Positions 56,364-64,000 of a stretch of DNA of 64,000 nucleotides are shown here, piece after piece (the first letter of the stretch is position 1; the number at the start of each line of letters is the position of its first letter). Under the pieces are notes generated by a model that did no database searches, had not been told where the DNA came from, and saw nothing but the letters and a program-made list of their open reading frames with translations. This DNA comes from Eledone cirrhosa (lineage: Eukaryota), in assembly GCA_964016885.1 (NCBI GenBank), contig OZ024741.1:377642001-377706000 (forward strand), given 5' to 3'. Made by a program: the position numbers and the translations under genes.

Positions 56364-56389
56364 GCACACGCGCACGCACACGCACACGC

Positions 56390-56441
<52 letters not shown>

Positions 56442-56449
56442 GTATATAT

Positions 56450-57187
56450 ATATTAGTTTTGTTGCTCTGAAATAGCGATGTATACATGAATGTATGTAGT
56501 ATGTATAATATATTTGGCAATATACTGTATGTTAAATTAAAACATTTTGAAGACCATTCGTTATGAGTTTTAATATAGTGACTATGTCACTTAATCTGTG
56601 CAAAAACAACGGAGTGTGATCGACAGCTAGTCTGTTACTCGCATGTTAGCGTTTACCAAGACCGCATACTCCCTTGCTTCTGCCGAGAATTATAGAAGCT
56701 GGTTTCGTATAGAAATCCAGTAATACAGAACAGCTGATCAAACGTTAATCTTGCCAAGAATACGTACGTGACATAGTCACTACTTTAAAACTCATAGTGA
56801 ATGGTCTTCAAAATGTGTTTAATTAAACATACAGTATATTGCCAAATATACAATACATGCATACATGTATACATCACTATTTCAGAGCACCAATACTAAT
56901 ACCTAATTTTTGCTGGACCAGAAATAACTCTGCTTAATCAGCTCTTACATTTTACTGGAATCCTATAAGAATCACCTCCTATAATTCCCAGCAGAGGAAA
57001 GGGAGTGTGCGGTCTTGATAAACGCTAACAAGCGAGAAACAAACTGTCTGTCGATCACTCACCATTGTTTTTGCCAAGAATAAGTAAGTGTCATAGTCGC
57101 TACTTTAAAACTCCTAGTGAATGGTCTTTAAAATGTTTTTAATTGAACATACAGTATATTGCCAAATATACTATACCTACATTCATA
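56450..57187 (+). mobile_element. ORF-free inverted plus partial-tandem repeat (~321-bp period) with U3-A8 hammerhead (57011-57056 +; decayed copy 56618-56663 -)
   Basis: ttgccaagaata at ~56751 and ~57072; 56450-56740 inverted; GGTC-TTGATAA-a-CGCT(aaca)AGCG-a-GAA-ACA..TGT-C-GATC. Confidence 0.8.
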
Positions 57188-58757
57188 TATATATTACAGA
57201 TTACGTATATGTATGTATTATGTTTAAATATATCAAATATATAAAATTTAGTGTTTCATTCGTCTGAATTGTCTGTCATGGAAAAATATATGTTTGCGCT
57301 TCTTTTCTCTTTTATTCATGACAATTAATTCGAACACACTTTGTTAAAGGTTATATTCATCCTTAATACGTGGCAGATTTGACTTAAACTATGGCATTTT
57401 CTCGAGTCTAGCTATAATGTATAATAGCTTGTTACATCTATTTTATTTAGAAATTAACAATAGGTTCATCCATAGGGATACTCATTCACAAATTATTTAT
57501 GTTGCTGCAAAGTAAAACAAAACGAGGCATTCCATCAAATATGTATATACATGGTAATCATTTTTTAACACATGTTCGATTCTCTAAAATTGAACAAAAT
57601 GTATTTATTGTATCGTACCTAATGAATAAATTGGTCTTATGTAAATATATTGTGTGCAGCTGTATATATTTTCCAATTGAGGAGAAATCAAAATAATTAA
57701 TATATTTTCCTGAAATCTATTCTTGACAAATTTGCTATTAATTTTCTTCTGAAGTATCGAATATTCCTTTTAATTACATATGCTTCAAAACTTTACATAA
57801 ATTCTACTTACATGTATTAACATTTAATCTATTGCCAAAATCCAATATAACTCCTCAAAATTAATAAAATGGAAATGTATATAGCCCAAAGTTACAAAGT
57901 AATTAATTTCTATTTTTATAGATTTCGATAATGTCAGAGACAAATTGGAAATCCTGTCTTTTACTATACATGAACTTTTACTGCTTAATTAAAAGTTATA
58001 ATTTTTACATTGAGTAGCAATTTTCACCTCTTAATGAGTGACATCTTTTTCTATATAGGAATAAATTGAATTAAAAACAACGAAATGCAAGTTCTGTTTT
58101 GATTCGTTGCATATTTTAGTACAGAAATTGTATTTTAAGTTAGATTAGAAATACATTGACAACGCAGCTTGGAATGTTAGTTTGAAAACATTATATTGTA
58201 TTTTGTTTTTTGTTTGTGTTTTATAATTGTAGAAGCTGTGTAATACCATTATAATACAGACTTTCATACGAAGAAACATATGTACATAGTTAAAGAAGTT
58301 TCCTATTGTAAATATCATTTTTCATTCCATTATTCAGTTTATAATTTAGATCAAACCAGCATATTGACATACACTTACAAATCAATATTTCTATACATTT
58401 TTGAAAGAAGAAAACATTAAATCTTCTCAGTCAAACTATTTCAAATAAGTGACAGTATTCTACAATAGGGGTTTAACAACCTTATATATTTGCTTCAGTA
58501 ACAACAATAGTCCAATGTACAAAGGTACAATTGATAACAGATGTGTTTGAGAGAGCTTGGGACAATTTAAAATTGCAACACTAAGTATAAAATATACTAA
58601 CGATTCTTTTGTAAATCATGTTTATAAATATTAGTGTCAATTCATGAAGCTAAATTATATAGTTTTAACCGATAACAAATCATAATGATGATAGAATGTC
58701 CGTAGTCATGCGCGAAGTATAACACGTACTGGATTAAGATATTAAGTACATATATTA

Positions 58758-58937
58758 ATTGTTTCTACTTTAGGCACAAGGCCAGCAATTACCCAGTGCA
58801 TTACTGGTACTTTATTTTATCGACCCCCTAAGGATGAAAGACAAAGTCAACCTCGGCGGGATTTGAACTCAGATCATAAAGGGACGTAACTATGCTGGAA
58901 AGCATGGCGTCCGACCCTCTACCGATACTGCCAATCC
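58758..58937 (-). mobile_element. tRNA-derived SINE, best-preserved copy
   Basis: Reverse complement has A box TGGCAGTATCGG and B box GAGTTCAAATCC, a conserved central TTTCATCC..GGGGTCGATAAAATAAAGTACCAG segment and 3' gtagaaacaat. Confidence 0.85.
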
Positions 58938-60436
58938 ACACTCGTCAAGTTTGACTCTATTAAGTTTATTAATGTAAATTGATTGTAAGATAAACGAAAC
59001 AGTGAATTAATATATAGATGATAACCGAACAATGTTTACTGTTGTAATTTTGCCTCATTCAGGTTTAATCAGTCACAATTTGGTCGCTTTCAATAGGTTG
59101 CACAATATTACTGGAGTCAATGATTAAATGATTCTTATGTGTTCTTATGGTATGGCATTTTATACAATATCTTGAATACTATTCCTCGATGTATTCAACA
59201 AACCAAACAATGTCTAATATTGTGTAAATGCCCCCACATCTGTAGATTTTGTATTGAATGTCAGTTTCATAATGGTTTGAGTGATTCAGGCGGGATTTGA
59301 ACATATAATGTAATATATGTTGAACGCAAGCACGCACAACACTACATAATGGAAGACTGATATCTATTAAATTAAATTATAACGAACACACATGACATGG
59401 AAACAGAAACATGTAAGAAAACGTTCAAACTTAGCAATGGCTTTTACATTTTAATTAGATTACATCTGGTAATAAATATTATGTTTCTTCCAACATCATG
59501 CATCATAATGGTATTCTGTACAAATAGTTAAACTGAATAAAAATTCTGGTAAGGAATGTCTCCCTCAGGCATAAATCCACATATCGTTAAATCATCCTCA
59601 AACCCTTCATTATGGAAGTTAGGGCACACATATCATACATAAAAATATGTTGCTAAAATGTGTCTCTACTATGTCTGACGTGGGCAGGAAAAGCAACAAC
59701 AACAACAACACATTTACTGAATGATTCTCAGGTATTTGTATGGAAAGACATATTTTTACATTGTGATTCAAATCTATCATGCGTGTATGTATTAAACGCA
59801 TCAATGAATACATTTATTAAATTGGATTTAGTATAAATATTTTTATAACAATTTACAATAAACTGGATTGAATCTCGTCTAAACTTGAGAAGGAATAGTG
59901 CAGTTGCTTGATGAAGGCAAAAACACATGCATTAATGTATTAACTGCATGGGCAACACTCATACATTAATGAAATCTCCATCAGATTCAACGTCTAGTAG
60001 AAGCAAACGTCTAGTAGAGCAAAACTGTTTTATTGTCTTTTGATGTTAGCCATGTTCATGGGATGAGGCATGAGGATAGAGTTAAGTGTTTGCAAGTTAA
60101 ATGTGATTTTATGGGATTCGTGGGCGTGTTCGTCTAAAACATTTTGCGGAGGGTTTGGAATGTAAACTTTTCGGCAAGTAGATTGAACGACGGGTGGAAG
60201 AATTTGAATAGGGTAGTGGTTTGTTTGTAAATACACATGTATTCAAACATATATTTATACATATTGTGCTGTATATGCAAGTTGGTGCAATCCAATATTA
60301 CAATCATCACGAACGTAAGAGATGTGGATTCGATTCCCACGCATGCTGATGCCTATATTCTTAAGTTACGGATGATTATTATCAAATTTCTTCCTATAGT
60401 CAAATATTTCAATGCAACATCTCTCTCTCTCTCTCT

Positions 60437-60966
60437 GTATCGAGAGGGGGGAAAAAGGGGGAGGATAGGTGATACATATAGTTATTTGCCAAGTAGCGTA
60501 TGCCAAAGGTGCTCGATACTAGTGCCGGCAGTATTAAATATTCGAAGTGTTAATATTTAGTGAGCTAGAGAGTTAGCAGAGCGTAAGCACGTGGGAAAGT
60601 AAGAAATCGGAGAATAGACCGTTAAAACATGTTTATTTAAAACAGCACCCACGTACGTTTCGCCCAGTTGGGCTTCTCAAGGGCATAAATAAACAAAATG
60701 TGTTCCTTACATTGCTCGGAAAGAGTTTTTGAGGTTAAATTAACGTCAAAGTTCATTGCTCGCAAAAATATCTTTTTTGCTAAGATATTTTTGCGAGCAA
60801 TGAACCTTGACGTGAATTTAACCTCAAACACTCTTTCCGAGCAATGTAAGGAACACTTTTGTTTATTTATGCCCTTGAGAAGCCCAACTGGGCGAAACGT
60901 ACGTGGGTGCTGTTTTAAATAAACATGTTTTAACGGTCTATTCTCCGATTTCTTACTTTCCCACGT
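60437..60966. repeat. Near-perfect 378-bp palindrome (60589-60966) with variant hammerheads (60646-60687 -, 60869-60910 +)
   Basis: ~186-bp arms, 7-nt loop 60775-60781, about 4 differences; GCCC-TTGAGAA-GCCC(aact)GGGC-GAA-ACGTACGT-GGGT. Confidence 0.92.
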
Positions 60967-61067
60967 ATATATATATATATCAAATACTAAGCGAGCAAAC
61001 CAATCAAAGGGGAGGATACGTGATTAGTTACGAAGATTACAAGCCAGTACATAGAGGGTTAGTGTGC

Positions 61068-61120
<53 letters not shown>

Positions 61121-61139
61121 TAGCATTACTGTTACAACC

Positions 61140-61345
61140 ATTTAATATTCGGCAAGGCCAGGTGTAACTCACTCGGTATGCAAAAGAGGCTATTCAGCCG
61201 ATCTGTACTTAAGTAAATAATATATTTTCAACCGTTCAACAGACTGGGAGAGGGATACAGGCCTGATTAACGGTAATAACCCAGAAACATGTTGATTGTT
61301 CCTCAAAGCCAGTGTTGAACAAACATGTGACAATCGGTCAGCGGC
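61140..61345 (+). mobile_element. Diverged relative of the ACTAGT-HHR repeat family
   Basis: aactcactcggtatgcaaa..tcagccg..cagtgttgaacaaa matches 47078-47238; decayed HHR ctgatta..gaaacatgtt. Confidence 0.5.
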
Positions 61346-61947
61346 ACGTCACATCTTCAAATCGAGCCGCTTGTGTTATCAGCGTCCCTTAGCTGTGCTG
61401 ATGACATAAATGTAACACAAGCATTCAAAATCGCGGCTGGTGCTGCCCTTTTACAAAATTTGGATGCCATATACAAATGGGTTGAGGACAAGAACATCTT
61501 AACTACAATTTAAAAAAGAGGAATGCGGGATGCGGGACTGCATCCGGAATATAATTTGTAATCCCGTTTATAAAATAAGTTGGATTAAATGAATAAACAA
61601 TAAATGACTATTATATAACTGCTAGTGCAGTTTAATGCTGGAACGTTTCAAGCCCTATACTACCAACCTGCAAACACAAATACAATATACTGGAATATAC
61701 TGGAATATACTGGTATACTGAAATTTATAAATTTCATCTCCTAATAACATTTGAGTCTTCCGTAGCTTTACGAAAATCGATAGATTGCTTAAATGGATTT
61801 TAGATTCGGTATACGAACTACGAAACAGTGACCGTAAGGAAATTATTCCAAATAATGTACTTTTTCGTAGATATCATATACTTTATATATAAGTATGAAC
61901 TATGGTTCGTTTTCTTTCTCTCTCTCTCTCTATATATATATATACAT

Positions 61948-62013
<66 letters not shown>

Positions 62014-62360
62014 TGAGAGAGTGAGCGAGAGAGAGAGACTGAGGAAGTTGAACAGCCATGACAATGCGGGTTTAGACGGAGTATATAAGGATATGAATAC
62101 ATTCAGGTAAAAAAACACGCCCCGCTTCTTACGATTTAATTATTATCCGCCCAAGCCCACATTATCGTGAATTCAAACGTCGAATTCTTGATCCTAATAT
62201 ATTTATGAAGTAAACTACAATCTCCTCTCTCCCTCTGTCTCTCTCACTCTCTCTCTCTCTCCCTCTCTCTCTATATATATATATATATGTGTGAATGAAG
62301 TAATTCCATCGGAAAAGTCCAGGAAAAAAGATTAATCTATGTATGCAACAGAGCTTAATT

Positions 62361-62552
62361 ATTATTATAATGTAATAAACAACATAAGGCAATTATTCCA
62401 TTTACCAGTGGTTTCTTAAAAGCAAAAGGTTTTGCTTTCAATAAACAAACCAGCTTTTTCCCGTTCTGAGGATTGAAAGCAAAACCTTTTGCTTTTAAGA
62501 AACCACTGGTAAATGGAATAATTGCCTTATGTTGTTTATTACATAATAATAA
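62361..62552 (+). ncRNA. Fold-back element with hammerhead at 62461-62516
   Basis: Arms 62361-62442 and 62472-62552; CCGTT-CTGAGGA-TTGAAAGCAAAA/TTTTGCTTTTAA-GAA-ACCACTGGT-A-AATGG. Confidence 0.85.
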
Positions 62553-62559
62553 TATATAT

Positions 62560-63000
62560 ATATATATATATAAAATAGACTATGTGTGGTGTATGTTGTT
62601 TCCGCATATTCTGTTCAATTTGCAACCGATTCTCTTCAAATTTGGCACAAACTCGCATGTTGCTCCTGACCTTCTTACATTTTCAAAGCTGGTTCCATTG
62701 CGCCCTCTCTAAGAGAAAAACCGACTAAAAACTCATTTTTGTCAATAACTTCTACAGCTTACATCCGATCTCCTTCAATGTTCCCATCTAAACATTTTGT
62801 TTAGTGCAGCCCCTGGACTAGAAAAAAACGAATCGAAAAAATCCTCATCGTGATAACGCATACAGTTTGCGACCGATTTCCTTCAAATTTGGAAAAAATA
62901 TGCCTCATGTACCAAAAGTTATTTTGGACTAACCAATTTTTCGAGTTTCTATCTATTTCGGGCCCTGTCTGAGCAAAACTAAATTGTGTTCCGTTCCATA
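62560..63000 (+). mobile_element. Probable non-autonomous Helitron-like repeat, 5' part
   Basis: tatatataaaatagactatgtg..; recurring accgatt..cttcaaatttgg motifs; 3' end not identified. Confidence 0.35.
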
Positions 63001-63439
63001 ATTTTGACTCACAACATTTTAGCTGTTCTAGCAGCGAAAAATCAACTCAAACAACAACCTCAATTGAATTGTTTACTGCTTGATCCATCTCGGTTCATCG
63101 ATTTTTCCTCACTGGCAGATGTTTAGTATAAAGGGCGCAATTCATAAGACATCGGTTGAATCAGAAAAAGCTTAATTGGTGCAGGAGATGGAAAATAAAA
63201 AAAATCTTTTCAAAACAAGAAAGAGAAGAAATAAAATGCTATACACAATTCTATACACAATGTTTGTTCATAAAAATTGTTTGTAATAGATAATGTTCTT
63301 CGTGACATGAGCACATGGTCACTAAAAATTGCAATTGTTCAAGCAGAAAGTTCATTGTATTTGAAACTGGAAATAGTAAATACAAGGAAAATGGAAATGT
63401 TTTGCAAGAAGAATGATTAAGAAACTCACTGAAGGTTAA

Positions 63440-64000
63440 CGGTAATTCACATATTGCGCCAACTTGGCGGGCTGGTATTCTGGAAAGAGCACGGGGCCTT
63501 GCACTTAGATGCCTGTGCGTCGAATTCCGCGTGATACCAGCAAAGGTTGCCAGAAACACGATTTTGACTGGGACTTCTGGATCTTCGACGGTGAAAGGGC
63601 ATGGATCGACTGTTGCTGCGTCGTCGGTGTGTTTGAAAGGTTTGAGAGGGTTTTAATTTGACCAGCCCGCTCTCTTATCATAGCTCGCAGCTCCGAAATC
63701 TCGGTCTCTGTCGTTGGTTGTGACATGTCCTTGTTGGTATCTTGTTAGGAGTCTGGTTTCGAATCCCGTCCGCGTGACCAATTGTAGCGACATGGTTAGT
63801 CGGTCTGGTCACTACTTCTGAGCGGATCCGAGAATAGCCCTTAAAAGGTCTGTTATCGCATACGGTCTGATCGGATCTGAGGATAGCCTTTAAAAGGACT
63901 GTTGTCACATACGGTAAGGTGAACAGAAGACAGCACAAGTTGAAAGGACGAGCAAGGCGAGAGATGTAGTTTCGGTCAGATATTTATTTTCATACATGAA
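63440..64000 (-). mobile_element. Gypsy-type LTR retrotransposon remnant (LTR/leader and deleted gag)
   Basis: Minus-strand LCWYHAEFDAQASKCKAPCSF (CWYH..FG..A.KC..PC gag motif); TAGTGACC near 63814 resembles a TGGTGACC primer-binding site. Confidence 0.65.

Noticed and set aside
58860-58937. tRNA gene
   Set aside because: The A and B boxes belong to the SINE head; no complete cloverleaf.
60637-60922. Mirror-image ORFs on both strands
   Set aside because: A by-product of the DNA palindrome.
61395-61425. CTGATGA-cat-aa-atg motif
   Set aside because: No GAAA or helix III follows.

Overview
AT-rich, microsatellite-dense eukaryotic DNA with no intact host gene. A cephalopod (Octopus-like) source is inferred from the SINE family and (TA)n density, not demonstrated. 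The window is mostly decayed mobile DNA: Penelope-like elements (PLEs; two long Neptune-type copies plus GIY-YIG 3' fragments), Tx1-like, RTE and R4/Dong-like LINE fragments, two internally deleted mariners, non-autonomous Helitrons, a tRNA-derived SINE family and a Gypsy-type gag remnant. The main signal is non-coding. More than 20 minimal type-I hammerhead ribozyme (HHR) motifs from about a dozen dissimilar sequence families sit in long fold-back or partial-tandem elements, most embedded in (TA)n tracts. Many have a family-specific palindromic helix III. Five or six families carry a compensated U3-A8 core (UUGANAA), several have long helix-II insertions, and some occur as ORF-free, circularly permuted monomers resembling retrozymes. 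The unique DNA between insertions contains scattered, stop-ridden C-type-lectin-like exon remnants on the + strand. All alignments and folds were done by eye, so coordinates may be off by a few bases.
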